Assembly (NCBI GenBank): GCA_965263185.1
Contig: OZ253588.1
Location: 1,863,369 to 1,927,368 of the forward strand
Length of the DNA: 64,000 bases
DNA from: Dehalococcoidia bacterium
Lineage (GTDB): Bacteria > Chloroflexota > Dehalococcoidia > Lucifugimonadales > UBA2985
Direction of reading: 5' to 3'
Each line of letters begins with the position of its first letter. Position 1 is the stretch's first letter. The notes under the pieces are model-generated. The model saw nothing but the letters and a program-made list of their open reading frames with translations. It made no database searches and was not told the origin of the DNA. Of this stretch, positions 1 through 9,131 are shown one piece after another. A program made the position numbers and the translations under genes.

Positions 1-1
1 G

Positions 2-991
2 TCGACCCTCGTCCGCTGTCTCGGCCGTCTTATCGAACCGACTCGCGGCGAGATCCTCATAGACGGCGAGGACTTGCTCGCGATGAACAAGCAGCAGTTG
101 CGGGACGTTCGCCGCCACAAGATGGGCATGGTCTTCCAGCACTTCGGCAACTTTCCCCACAAGCGGGTCCTGGACAACGTGGCTTACGGTCTCCAGGTTC
201 AGGGCGTTGACAAGGCCATTCAACTCAACCGCGCCGCCGAAGTCATTGAGATGGTGGGGCTCACGGGGTGGGAGGAACGGTACCCGCACGAGCTGAGCGG
301 CGGAATGCAGCAGCGTGTTGGGCTGGCCCGCGCCCTTGCAGTCGACCCGGAGATCCTCCTCTTTGATGAGCCGTTCAGCGCTCTAGATCCCCTCATCCGG
401 CGGGACATGCAGGACCAGTTGATCGGACTCCAGCAGCTGGTCCAGAAGACGATGGTATTCATAACCCACGATTTCCTAGAAGCCCTCAAGGTCGGGGACC
501 GGGTCGCCATAATGAAGGACGGCGAGTTCGTTCAGACAGGCACGCCGGAGGAGATTGTCTCCAACCCGGTCGACGACTACGTGCGGGACTTCACCCGGGA
601 CGTGCCCAGATCCAAGGTGCTCACAGCGCGTTCTGTCATGACCCCGCCCCGAGTGTACGCCACCGCAGACGAGGGGCTAGCCGACCTGATGACCAGGCTG
701 GCCGCCCAGGAATGTGACTGCGCTGTCGTGGTCGACGGTCAGGACCGTTTCATCGGGACGGTGCATTTGGCGGATGTGTCTGGTAGCGGGGTGGCGTACT
801 CCAGCGTCGCCTCCGTAATGTGGGACTCCTGTGCCATCGTGGAGCCGGATACCCGCCTCGAACGGCTGATTCCCCTGGCCATCGACGGTGACGCCCCCAT
901 CGCTGTCCTTGACCACGGCCGGTGCATCGGCACCATCAGCCGGGAGGCGGCAATGGCGGCCCTCGTAGGCGACGATGGAGTAGCGACGTGA
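2..991 (+). CDS. proV: Glycine betaine/proline ABC transporter ATP-binding subunit with C-terminal CBS domains (5'-truncated by window edge)
   Basis: The frame is open from base 2 ([14 protein letters not shown], just after Walker A). [15 protein letters not shown] signature, [13 protein letters not shown] Walker B, CBS pair at the C-terminus. Confidence 0.92.
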   Translation, partial: STLVRCLGRLIEPTRGEILIDGEDLLAMNKQQLRDVRRHKMGMVFQHFGNFPHKRVLDNVAYGLQVQGVDKAIQLNRAAEVIEMVGLTGWEERYPHELSGGMQQRVGLARALAVDPEILLFDEPFSALDPLIRRDMQDQLIGLQQLVQKTMVFITHDFLEALKVGDRVAIMKDGEFVQTGTPEEIVSNPVDDYVRDFTRDVPRSKVLTARSVMTPPRVYATADEGLADLMTRLAAQECDCAVVVDGQDRFIGTVHLADVSGSGVAYSSVASVMWDSCAIVEPDTRLERLIPLAIDGDAPIAVLDHGRCIGTISREAAMAALVGDDGVAT

Positions 992-2976
992 TCCGTACGG
1001 AGGCCCTCCAGACTCGCCCTGTCCGGGAGCGCCGATACCGGGTCGTCCTGTGGGTGGCCATTGCCATCGCCGCGTACATCCTGGCCTATTCACTGGCGAC
1101 CACCAATGCTAGCACTGACTTCGGAGACTGGCCGGGGAGCTGGGAGCCTCCCGTCCAGGAGCCGATCGACAACTTCTTTGAATGGTTCGGCGACAGCCTC
1201 TCCTGGTTCTTCAATCCAGTTTCCGAAGTGATAGACGCGGGCCTCGCCGGGTTAGACACATTCCTCCTTTGGCTTCCCTGGACCGTTGTTGTTGCGGCGG
1301 TATCGATGTTGGGGTTCAGGCTCGGCGGCAGGTGGCTTGGGGTCTTTTGCGGCGCTGCCATGCTGTTCATCGGCTTCAACGGGTACTGGGACTCCGCGAT
1401 GCTCACTTTAAGCGTACTGGGGGTTTCAGTGATTATCGCCGTAGGGATTGGTGTGCCGATCGGTGTATTCGCTGCCTTCAGCAATCGCTTCGAGGCAGGC
1501 GTCCGCCCGATTCTCGACACCATGCAGGTCCTGCCTGCCTTCGTATACCTCATCCCAGCCCTGGTCCTATTCGGAGTGAGCGGCGCCCAGGGCGTCTTCC
1601 TTACGGTGGTCTACTGCATTCCACCCGCTATAAGGCTCACCAACTTGGGGATCCGCCAGGTTCCCCAGGCCGCTGTGGAAACGGCCCACTCGCACGGGTC
1701 GACGACGTCTCAGACGCTGTTTCAGGTCCAGCTGCCGCTGGCAAAGAGCTCGATCATGATGGGCATCAACCAGACCATTATGATGGCAGTTGCCATGGTG
1801 ATAATAACTGCCCTGGTGGGAATTGATGGGCTCGGCAGGGACGTATGGCTCTCGTTGAGGGAGGTGGACGCGGGGAAGGGACTGGAGAGCGGCATTGCCA
1901 TCGTGCTCTTGGCCGTCATCCTGGACAGGCTCAGCTACGCCCTCGCGAATTCCGGCCCCAACTCAGCTACATCCGTCCAGGTCATAGGTCGGCGCTCTCA
2001 TGAGACGGCCGGCCGGAGCCTTAAGAACATGACTGCCCGCTACACTCTTCATATTTCGGGCGTGGGTCTGATAGCCGTCCTGATGGTCATTGGTTCCCTG
2101 GTCGGCCCCCTGAGAAACTTCCCGGATGGCCTGACCTTCTCAATGGCGGGCCCTATCAACAGTGTCTTCGACTGGATGGCCGTCAACCTCCATTTCATTA
2201 CAAGTTGGGTACGGGACAACCTGTTCCGGGAACTTGGGTACTCACCCATTTACACCCTGCTCCTCTGGCTCCCCTGGCCGGCGTTGATGGTCATCGCAGC
2301 CGGGCTGGCCTACTTCACCGCTGGATGGCGGGTGGGGCTTCTCGCGGTGTCGGGTCTGGCCTTCGCAGGCTTCGGCGGAGTTTGGGACGTGACCATAGAC
2401 ACCTTGAGCCAGGTGCTGACCGCAGGGCTGTTCACGGTGGTAGTGGGTATCGGGATTGGCGTTGTCGCCTCCCAGAGCAGGGCCTTCGAGATGGCTCTGC
2501 GGCCCATCCTCGACACCATGCAGACCATGCCAATCTTCGTTTACCTGATTCCGGTCATTATGCTCTGGGGTATCGGGCCTCTGGTGGGCATCATAGCCAC
2601 AGCGGTGTATGCGTTGCCTCCGGCGATCCGCATGACCAGCCTCGGCATCAGGGAAGTGCCGGCACAGGTAATCGAGACGGCCCAGGCCCACGGCTCAACC
2701 GGCCTTCAGACCATGCTTCAGGTCAAGATCCCCCTGGCCTTCCCGACGATAATGATGGGTGTCAACCAGACCATCATTATGGTGTTCGCCATGGTAATTA
2801 TCGCTGGACTTGTGGGTGGTGGGGGCCTAGGACAGGAAGTCTACAAAAATTCCATCTGGCTAAGAATGGGTGACGGCCTGATTGCCGGGATGACCATCGT
2901 CTTCATGGCGATGACGCTTGACCGCATGACCAGGGGCAAACAGGGCACAGTAATACCTCTTACGGCGCTGAGGTAG
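988..2976 (+). CDS. proW: ABC permease, two fused ProW-type membrane domains
   Basis: GTG start overlaps the proV stop (GTGA). The motif [15 protein letters not shown]...IRxTxLGIRxVP..xETA..HGST occurs twice. Confidence 0.9.
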   Translation: MIRTEALQTRPVRERRYRVVLWVAIAIAAYILAYSLATTNASTDFGDWPGSWEPPVQEPIDNFFEWFGDSLSWFFNPVSEVIDAGLAGLDTFLLWLPWTVVVAAVSMLGFRLGGRWLGVFCGAAMLFIGFNGYWDSAMLTLSVLGVSVIIAVGIGVPIGVFAAFSNRFEAGVRPILDTMQVLPAFVYLIPALVLFGVSGAQGVFLTVVYCIPPAIRLTNLGIRQVPQAAVETAHSHGSTTSQTLFQVQLPLAKSSIMMGINQTIMMAVAMVIITALVGIDGLGRDVWLSLREVDAGKGLESGIAIVLLAVILDRLSYALANSGPNSATSVQVIGRRSHETAGRSLKNMTARYTLHISGVGLIAVLMVIGSLVGPLRNFPDGLTFSMAGPINSVFDWMAVNLHFITSWVRDNLFRELGYSPIYTLLLWLPWPALMVIAAGLAYFTAGWRVGLLAVSGLAFAGFGGVWDVTIDTLSQVLTAGLFTVVVGIGIGVVASQSRAFEMALRPILDTMQTMPIFVYLIPVIMLWGIGPLVGIIATAVYALPPAIRMTSLGIREVPAQVIETAQAHGSTGLQTMLQVKIPLAFPTIMMGVNQTIIMVFAMVIIAGLVGGGGLGQEVYKNSIWLRMGDGLIAGMTIVFMAMTLDRMTRGKQGTVIPLTALR

Positions 2977-3094
2977 CGAGAATGCGGTACACGGCCCGCG
3001 AACCCGCACAAGGAGGGATGCCTATTGGACGATATGGTATGTTGCAATCTGACAGGATGTCTAATACACTCCTGACCCTGAAAGGAGAAAGAAA

Positions 3095-4099
3095 ATGAAA
3101 ACAGTGAAGAATAGGTGGATTGGTCTATCTATGATTGTGGCGCTGGCCATGGTCATCACAGTAGCATTGGCCTGTGAACAAGAAGCCGACGAAGGCGTCG
3201 ATGGGCCGGAGACCAGGGGCACACTGTATCTCGTCGACCAGGACTGGAACGGCCAGCTTGCCACGACGGCTGTTGCGCAGATCCTGCTGGAGCAGGAAAT
3301 GGACCACACTGTCGCAACCAAATTTGCGCCCGCCGATTCGGCGCCCCTCTTCATAGGCCTCGAACGTGGCGATTTTCATTTCGTCTGCTGCAACTGGCCT
3401 TCCTACAGCGCCGAACTCCTGGACGAATACGTGAACGCTGAAGACGCCGAAGTGGAGCGCATGGGGACGGTTGGCATAGTGGGTGAGACCGGCTGGTATG
3501 TTCCTTCCTACGTCATCAATGGCGACGCCGACCGCGGCATCGAAGCAGTGGCGCCCAACCTACGCTCGGTTAGCGACCTGAACCAGTACAAGGACGTCTT
3601 TGCCACGAGCGATACCGGTAATAGTGGCAGACTCCTGGAGTTCACTCCTGCTTGGGATACAAGGCCAGAGGAACGACTTGAGGCGTTCGGCGTCGACTTC
3701 CAGACTGTGTTCTCCGGGTCCGAAGGCGCGTCTCTGGCTGAACTCGACGCCGCCTTTCAAAGGGGCGATCCCGTTATCACGTACCTATGGGAGCCCCACT
3801 GGGCACATGCCAAGTACAACCTGGTGCAGATCGAGATGCCCGAGTGGACTTCGGACTGCTATCCCGAGGGTGACAGCTTCAACTGCGGCTACCCAACCGA
3901 CGCCGTAGCAAAGCTGATTTGGCCGGGTCTTCAGGACGAGTTTCCAGAGGCATACGAGTTCCTCTCCAATTTCCAGATGACCAATGAACAGCAGAACGAG
4001 ATAGTCTTCAACCTCACCGAGAACGGCCTGCCCGTACGCCAGGCCGCGCAGGAGTGGGTTGACGCCAACGAGTCAGTCTGGAGATCCTGGATTCCATAG
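3095..4099 (+). CDS. proX: Glycine betaine/proline-binding lipoprotein (ProX/OpuAC family)
   Basis: Lipobox VALAC; YLWEPHW and GETGWYVPSYV motifs; RBS GAAAGGAG; operon context. Confidence 0.88.
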   Translation: MKTVKNRWIGLSMIVALAMVITVALACEQEADEGVDGPETRGTLYLVDQDWNGQLATTAVAQILLEQEMDHTVATKFAPADSAPLFIGLERGDFHFVCCNWPSYSAELLDEYVNAEDAEVERMGTVGIVGETGWYVPSYVINGDADRGIEAVAPNLRSVSDLNQYKDVFATSDTGNSGRLLEFTPAWDTRPEERLEAFGVDFQTVFSGSEGASLAELDAAFQRGDPVITYLWEPHWAHAKYNLVQIEMPEWTSDCYPEGDSFNCGYPTDAVAKLIWPGLQDEFPEAYEFLSNFQMTNEQQNEIVFNLTENGLPVRQAAQEWVDANESVWRSWIP

Positions 4100-4159
4100 A
4101 TAGAAGCCCCGCTTTCGGATATGGGTCGGAAGCAGTTATCAGACGGATCGTAAATTGAC

Positions 4160-4192
4160 GGCCCGGAAAGGGGTCAATCCCCTTTCCGGGCC
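4160..4192 (+). terminator. Hairpin after the proVWX operon
   Basis: Perfect 14-bp stem GGCCCGGAAAGGGG-tcaat-CCCCTTTCCGGGCC, 60 bp after the stop; the U-tract is weak. Confidence 0.7.
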
Positions 4193-4210
4193 TGATTTGC
4201 TGTGGCTAGA

Positions 4211-4309
4211 GTAGGCCGTCAGCGATAAGCGATAGTGGGACACAAGCGGAGGAAGAGAGCCGGAGAGGCTTGAGGTAGGGCTAGCTCCCTGGATGAGGTA
4301 GAGTGCTTC
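4211..4309 (+). mobile_element. Orphan left end and leader of IS3-B
   Basis: Degenerate IRL GTAGGCCGTCAGCGATA..GTGGGACAC followed by GCTCCCTGGATGAGGTAGAGT, as at 48805-48830 and 34165-34195. Confidence 0.75.
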
Positions 4310-4440
4310 AACTCGGGCCAGGCTCACCAATGGGAAGCTGCCGAGGCCGATATCCCGCCGGCGTCCGTCGACGGTGATGCGCTGTACCCAGGACTTCCGA
4401 CCAGCCTTGCTGATGTAGAGACGCAACCCCCGCCATCGGA
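4310..4440 (-). pseudogene. N-terminal (arm-binding) fragment of a P4-like integrase, paralogue of 60373-61521
   Basis: LYISKAGRKSWVQRITVDGRRRDIGLGSFPLVSLA aligns to LFISKAGRKSWVQRITIDGHRRDIGLGGFPSVSLA of the intact integrase; truncated at the IS end. Confidence 0.88.
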
Positions 4441-4497
4441 GTGTCGTCTATGACTCATGGGCAATCCGAGACAACATCGGACAAGTGCGGAACGATG

Positions 4498-4520
4498 AGT
4501 GGTGGAGATAGGGGGAGTCG
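4498..4520 (-). repeat. attR: duplicated 3' end of tRNA-Ala
   Basis: AGTGGTGGAGATAGGGGGA (19 bp) is identical to 61676-61694, and the match extends to 23 bp with one mismatch. Confidence 0.9.
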
Positions 4521-4555
4521 TAGTTAGCTTTGAAACAGGGCTGTTCTGTGAAGCG

Positions 4556-4575
4556 TTCCCACACTTGTTACCACA
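4556..4575 (+). promoter_or_regulatory. Putative integrase arm-type sites (attR side)
   Basis: TTCCCACA-CTTG-TTACCACA has the same 12-bp spacing as TTACCACA-TATA-TTACCACA at 61545-61564. Confidence 0.6.
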
Positions 4576-4667
4576 ATTGGAAGCAGCAAGAATCTCAGTA
4601 TAGTACCCATGTGACCTATTGTATCCCCCTGCCATGTACCACGCCTACTTTATGCTACCACATCAGG

Positions 4668-4812
4668 CTTCTGGCCGACTACAATTCGGTACGGTCGTTG
4701 CAGGCTTTAATATTCCCGGGTGTCGGTCGGATTCAACAGCGGTGGCCAATAGTATAGACGTCCCGGTGTGCTTGGTTGGACCCAAATGAGCGGTTCGAGT
4801 CCTCTTAGGTGG
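4668..4812. repeat. ~140-bp dispersed element, copy 1 (copy 2 at 18758-18900)
   Basis: Shared blocks CTTCTGG, ACTACAATTCGG, CCCGGGTGTCG, GTCGGATTCAACAGCG, CCGGTGTGCTT, AATGAGCGGTTCGAGTC. Confidence 0.8.
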
Positions 4813-4883
4813 AGCTGACCCCACCTCAAAATCCTCGAGGTTCTCTACCCCCTCAACTGTCCCATTATCGCTGACAACCTACA
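4813..4883 (-). mobile_element. Orphan IS3-B left end, joined at CC to the 140-bp element
   Basis: Reverse strand reads TGTAGGTTGTCAGCGATAATGGGACA...TTTGAGGTGGGGTCAGCT-CC-ACCTAA. Confidence 0.8.
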
Positions 4884-5024
4884 AAAGGTAACGATTTTAT
4901 TGAGGCAATGCCCCAGGCTCCAATCTTCCCACGGCTACTCCGACTGACCGTGAACGCGGAGTAGTCCCCTAGCTTCTGGAACAGAGGAATGCCCCGCCGC
5001 AGGATGTTCCATACTCGAGTGTGC

Positions 5025-6281
5025 TTATGGCGCTGCTGCCTGCCGGTGAGCGGTTCCGACCAGCGCCTGAAGACGTGATGCAAATACTCCGCTGTATCCC
5101 TTCTTTCGGGAATCGTGAGGATCCATGTTGTCTATGCTGGATATCTCATACCCGCTATGTCCCGATTTGGCCGTGATGATCAAATCACCGCCTTTCAAGG
5201 CGACGTCATCTATCCCATCGTAAGACAACTGGCTGACATTCTGCTCCAGCAGGCCGTTGCTCACCAACAGGAGCCGGCGACCGGTGGCGGCGATGACGCC
5301 TCCATAGAGTTCCTCTTTCGCCCCATTCTGCCCGTAATCGCCCCATGCCAGGGCTTCGATATGCTCGTCGTCATCCATGATTTCTACGAGCTTGCGGCGC
5401 TCGCCGCCATGGTTTTTCCTATGGTTCCAAAGCGGGTGTTGCAGTTTCCATTCTGCGGAAATCCTCGCCTCCGCAGACACCCGCCGCGCCGCAGTTCCAA
5501 CATGCTCCCTCATCAGCTTTACAAACTGGGTTGCGTCGCCTTCCTCCCGGAACTCTAGGGCGCGGACCTCTGCATCGACGTCTACGAACCGGACGCTCGT
5601 CCCTCCCCAGTACTCCACTGACAGGATGCTTCCGTGAGGGCAGCCTGCCCGCTCGCGTTCATAGTTAAACCCCAGAGTGCAGAACAGGATGCGCCGGTCG
5701 GTTGCCACGGCTAAGGCCTCAGAAGCCATAAGAGATGTTGTATTGATTTGATAACTACCGCCGCCCCCCTGGGTGTTACCCCCCGCTTCATACACCTTTT
5801 GCTCGCCCACCGTGCAATGTGCCCAGTGGTCAATGCGTTCCTCGCCCATCAGAATGCTCGACAACCTGTCCTCCAGGGACGCTGCATCGGCGTGCAAGCG
5901 GCCCCGGATGTAATCGGCCAACCTGGCGGCGCCTGGGTCCAGGGTGATCGAGTAGTCTTGCCTGGGCGCTACGACGGTCAGTATGCCCGGCCCCTGCTCC
6001 CGTACTTCCCGGATAGCTAGGTAGGGGATTAGTTCCATGTTCTTGCTGAGGCGGCCGCGGTTGAGCAAGACTAGCCCCCGCTCCGTGGCGGCGACGATGC
6101 CCCGGTCATGGTTCGCGTTGTCGCTGCCCCAACTGCACCCGAAAAGGTGCTCGACATTGTCGCCCTCCACGATGGCGTCGTAGAGCATTCTGCGTTCGCC
6201 CTTGAAGTCGTCGCGTCCCCAGCCCGGTTGCAACATTTGCCAACGCCTATCTATGTTGTCTCTAGTTTCCTTGCTGGCCAT
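5025..6281 (-). CDS. Protein with three tandem bacterial PH-like (bPH_3/YokE-like) domains
   Basis: Three repeats of (E/D)..E.I.....G...(A/V)AT.R.L(L/F). GGAGG RBS before ATG at 6281, so the real start is probably shorter than the tracked ORF. Confidence 0.65.
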   Translation of the reverse strand: MASKETRDNIDRRWQMLQPGWGRDDFKGERRMLYDAIVEGDNVEHLFGCSWGSDNANHDRGIVAATERGLVLLNRGRLSKNMELIPYLAIREVREQGPGILTVVAPRQDYSITLDPGAARLADYIRGRLHADAASLEDRLSSILMGEERIDHWAHCTVGEQKVYEAGGNTQGGGGSYQINTTSLMASEALAVATDRRILFCTLGFNYERERAGCPHGSILSVEYWGGTSVRFVDVDAEVRALEFREEGDATQFVKLMREHVGTAARRVSAEARISAEWKLQHPLWNHRKNHGGERRKLVEIMDDDEHIEALAWGDYGQNGAKEELYGGVIAATGRRLLLVSNGLLEQNVSQLSYDGIDDVALKGGDLIITAKSGHSGYEISSIDNMDPHDSRKKGYSGVFASRLQALVGTAHRQAAAP

Positions 6282-6384
6282 CGGTGTTTCCTCCAGCTTT
6301 TCAGGGTGAGGTGAGCGCCAGTATAACGCCGCCCTCGATATAGATTCCAGTCCCTGGGATAGGATTTCGAGACGTGGGTTGGGT

Positions 6385-6548
6385 TGCCGCGTGTAGATTG
6401 CCGGGATCTTTGACCCGCTAAACCGGCAATTTGACAAGGCCATTCCGCTCTGCCGTATTATCGCCGAGTCCGGAACGCCAGCCCGGGTCAGACCCATCCG
6501 GCAGCCATGGCTGGAAAACCCGGTTGCTAACCGCTGGCAGAAAGCCAT
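6385..6548 (-). pseudogene. Decayed C-terminus of a Cre-like tyrosine recombinase
   Basis: GFSSHGCRMGLTRAGVPDSAIIRQ...AIYTR resembles the H-x-x-R...Y catalytic tail (FSGHSxRVG..LxRAG....IxRQGRW....YTR). Confidence 0.5.
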
Positions 6549-6615
6549 ACTTCAGGTATTCCAGCCAAGGGTGTATACGAGCGGGGCTCCACCCTGGTAA
6601 TCACCAACCTGTAGA

Positions 6616-6775
6616 TGGTAACCAGTTTACCGGGGAGATACCGCCCGAGCTGGACAGCCTCTCGAACCTGGAAGTTCTGAGGCTAGGTGGTGACCAGCTG
6701 ACCGGGTGCATACCAGGAGGGTTGCGAGGAGTACAGAATAGCGACGTCGACGACATTGGTCTGCCATTCTGCTGA
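6616..6775 (+). pseudogene. Orphan 3' fragment of an LRR protein gene
   Basis: GNQFTGEIPPELDSLSNLEVLRLGGDQLTGCIP...DIGLPFC* has the same C-cap as 7374-8369; no start or N-cap. Confidence 0.8.
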
Positions 6776-7373
6776 TCCCCATGCCTTACTCCAGGCAGGG
6801 CCTTTGTTGGGGTCCTGCCTGCAATGGATGGGAGCGCCGCACATCCCCTTCTCCAGTTCCCTCATCCACCACGCCAGGGCCTCGTGGCGCTCCTGTTGGC
6901 CTGGGCGATAAAGTTCCTGGTAGTAATAGGCGTGGCGCCGGCTGGTGTGGGCAGGCGCTGGGGTTGACGGCGTCGGCGGGCGGCTGACGGGCCCGCCGCT
7001 CCGTCATACACGAGTTAGCGCGTAGAAATAGCCTGCAATGCCCGCGCCGCAAGAGACCATCGTCCAGGCGGAGATTACCTTCTCGTGCCCCCCAAGTTGT
7101 AGATGGCGATCACACCCGCGTACCACAGGGGGTGCGCCGACAGGAACAGAAGCGCCTCCTGCCAGGGGATTTCACCAGGGAGTGTCGAAGGAGATGAGCG
7201 GGGCAACCACGCCCGAAATCTTTCCGCTCAAATGGTTGGGACAGGCTCAACATGAGCGGGTGCAGGCCCCGTACTTGATACGGGAGCGGGCGGCGCCATG
7301 CGCCATAGCCAACACGCGCTGGGAGCGCCTACAAGGCGATATGCTGTCCGTCTCCGGCTGAGTGCGCGTGGCT

Positions 7374-8369
7374 TCAGCAGAAGGGCAGGTAGCCAAGGTC
7401 AGAGAAGTTAGAGTCCAACTGGTCTTCCAGGCTGCTTGGCACGCACCCACTCAACTCGTTGCTGTGGAGGACCAGCTCTGTCAGGTTGGAGAGGCTGCCC
7501 AGCTCCGCCGGTATCTCCCCGCTCAGGGCGTTGTCGTCGAGGTGCAACCATTCCAGGTTGGAGAGGCTGCCCAGCTCCGCCGGTATCTCCCCGCTCAACT
7601 CGTTGCCGTAGAGTCTCAGTATCTCCAGGTTGGAGAGGCTGCCCAGCTCCGCCGGTATCTCCCCGCTCAACTCGTTGCCGCCGAGGAGCAGCCTTTCAAG
7701 GTTGGAGAGGCTGCCCAGTTCCGCCGGTATCTCCCCGCTCAACTTGTTGTTGTGGCTGATGTCCAGATATGTCAGGTTGGAGAGGCTGCCCAGTTCCGCC
7801 GGTATCTCCCCGCTCAACTTGTTGTTGCCCCTGAGGCTCAACCATTCCAGGTTGGAGAGGCTGCCCAGCTCCGCCGGTATCTCCCCGCTCAACTTGTTGT
7901 TGCGGAACTGCAGCCGTGTAACGCGCCCGTCGTCGTCAGTGGTGACGCCCTCCCATTCGCCGAGGGGAGCGTCACTCAGCCATTTTTCGTTGAGAGTCCA
8001 GTTCTCACCGTTCGTTGCGTTGTAGAGGGCAACCAAGGCTTCCCTGTCCGTTTCGACGGAGCCGGAGGCCGCGGGCGGCGCTGTGGTAGCCGCAGGTACA
8101 GGCGTATCGGTGGCAGTGGGCGCGCCGTCCCCTGACCCTGGCGTGGTAGGCGTCTGTGTGGGGGAGGCCGGCGTCTCCGTTGGGGTGGACGCGGTCCGGT
8201 CGGGGCCTGCTGTCACGCCGGACGGCTCGTCAGAGCCGCAGGCCGCGAGCGCCACCGTAAGGGCCAGCGCAAGGACAACGCTCAACAGGGTCACGTATCT
8301 TGTCGTGCGTGTACTGGTAATTTTCTTTCTCTCCCGGTCTTGACCAGCAACATATATCCACAGGTTCAT
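7374..8369 (-). CDS. LRR lipoprotein with plant-type 24-aa LRRs
   Basis: Lipobox VALAAC, Pro/Thr linker, N-cap DREALVALYNATNGENW..EWEGVTTD, repeats LSGEIPAELGSLSNL, C-cap LSGCVP..LPFC. Confidence 0.9.
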   Translation of the reverse strand: MNLWIYVAGQDRERKKITSTRTTRYVTLLSVVLALALTVALAACGSDEPSGVTAGPDRTASTPTETPASPTQTPTTPGSGDGAPTATDTPVPAATTAPPAASGSVETDREALVALYNATNGENWTLNEKWLSDAPLGEWEGVTTDDDGRVTRLQFRNNKLSGEIPAELGSLSNLEWLSLRGNNKLSGEIPAELGSLSNLTYLDISHNNKLSGEIPAELGSLSNLERLLLGGNELSGEIPAELGSLSNLEILRLYGNELSGEIPAELGSLSNLEWLHLDDNALSGEIPAELGSLSNLTELVLHSNELSGCVPSSLEDQLDSNFSDLGYLPFC

Positions 8370-8463
8370 ACAGATAATATAGAGGAGTCGCTATGGGTGT
8401 CAATGCTGGGACACCCTTTTCGCCACTCCCAAATATGGTTGACATGTCGGCTTCCGCGGGGAT

Positions 8464-8537
8464 GAGCGGGCGCCCCATGCGCAATAGCCAACACAACCCG
8501 GGAATACCAAAAGCGGTGTTCCTAACGTGTGTTGGGT
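8464..8537. repeat. Direct repeat (with 7284-7315) plus imperfect hairpin flanking the LRR gene
   Basis: GAGCGGGCG(G/C)C(G/C)CCATGCGC(C/A)ATAGCCAACAC on both sides; hairpin ATAGCCAACACA...GGAATACC-aaaagc-GGTGTTCC...TGTGTTGGGTAT. Confidence 0.6.
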
Positions 8538-8559
8538 ATGACGCACGACACCGCCCATC

Positions 8560-8875
8560 CTGAGCCTGTCTGTTTCAAAGCAGCAGAGGGTCGGGAAGTC
8601 AGCCTAGTGGAGGCCGGTCTGAACCAACCTGGGATAGCAGACAGGCATGTCGATGCCCTTCTTAACCCTATTGGCCACCGACGCCTCTCGCCACTCCGGG
8701 ACACCGCCTCGGCCATCATCACCGACACGCGGGAACCGTGTCGGTGATGATGTCGTCTATCCTCTCGGTGATGTCCATGGTGCAGGCGTGGGTGGAGTAG
8801 GCCAGCGCCCGGCGTCTCTCCACCCGCTCGGTGGCCACCAAGTCGATGATGTCGCCGCTCTTGAGGAACTCTCCC
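8560..8875 (-). pseudogene. Frameshifted remnant of an ICE/plasmid-type SF2 helicase C-terminus
   Basis: One frame reads EWREASVANRVKKGIDMPVCYPRLVQTGLH*ADFPTLCCFETD, like the LVQTGLDLLxFPT motif of ICE helicases (recalled similarity). Confidence 0.45.
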
Positions 8876-8897
8876 AATAGGCGGCACTAGAGCCTGA

Positions 8898-8967
8898 TTA
8901 AAAGTCCAGAACGAACCGCAGTGTGAAAGTTCTTGATTTCGTCCAGTTAGGTGGGCCTATTTTGACG
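8898..8967 (-). other. attP-like dyad encoding a recombinase-type C-terminal tail (VLPTVKIGPPNWTKSRTFTLRFVLDF*)
   Basis: CGTCAAAATAGG-CCCA-CCTAACTGGACG is an imperfect inverted repeat; related copies at 13773-13830, 15175-15231, 35075-35144, 37629-37680. Confidence 0.6.
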
Positions 8968-9131
8968 GTAGGCAGAACCATCTTTGAGATGTGGCTGGGC
9001 CTGGGAGGCTCACCAGGGTTTGCTACTACACAACTATGGCAGGATGGCATGGGCGGCGACAAATGTCGCCCGTGCCTATGCCGCTGCAACCAGCCTGAGT
9101 CAGGGATTTACCTCGAAAGCGGTCCGTGTCT

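Noticed and set aside
4785-4812. GGTTCGAGTCC T-loop-like motif suggesting a tRNA
   Set aside because: No acceptor, D or anticodon stems can be built and there is no CCA; the T-stem pairing is not conserved in the 18.9 kb copy.
6282-6548. 89-aa N-terminal extension of ORF 5025-6548
   Set aside because: A GGAGG RBS precedes ATG 6281; the extension is read-through from a recombinase remnant.
7430-7900. Regular 72-75 nt repeats resembling a CRISPR array (also 45070-46960)
   Set aside because: They are in-frame LRR codons with amino-acid periodicity, not repeat-spacer units.
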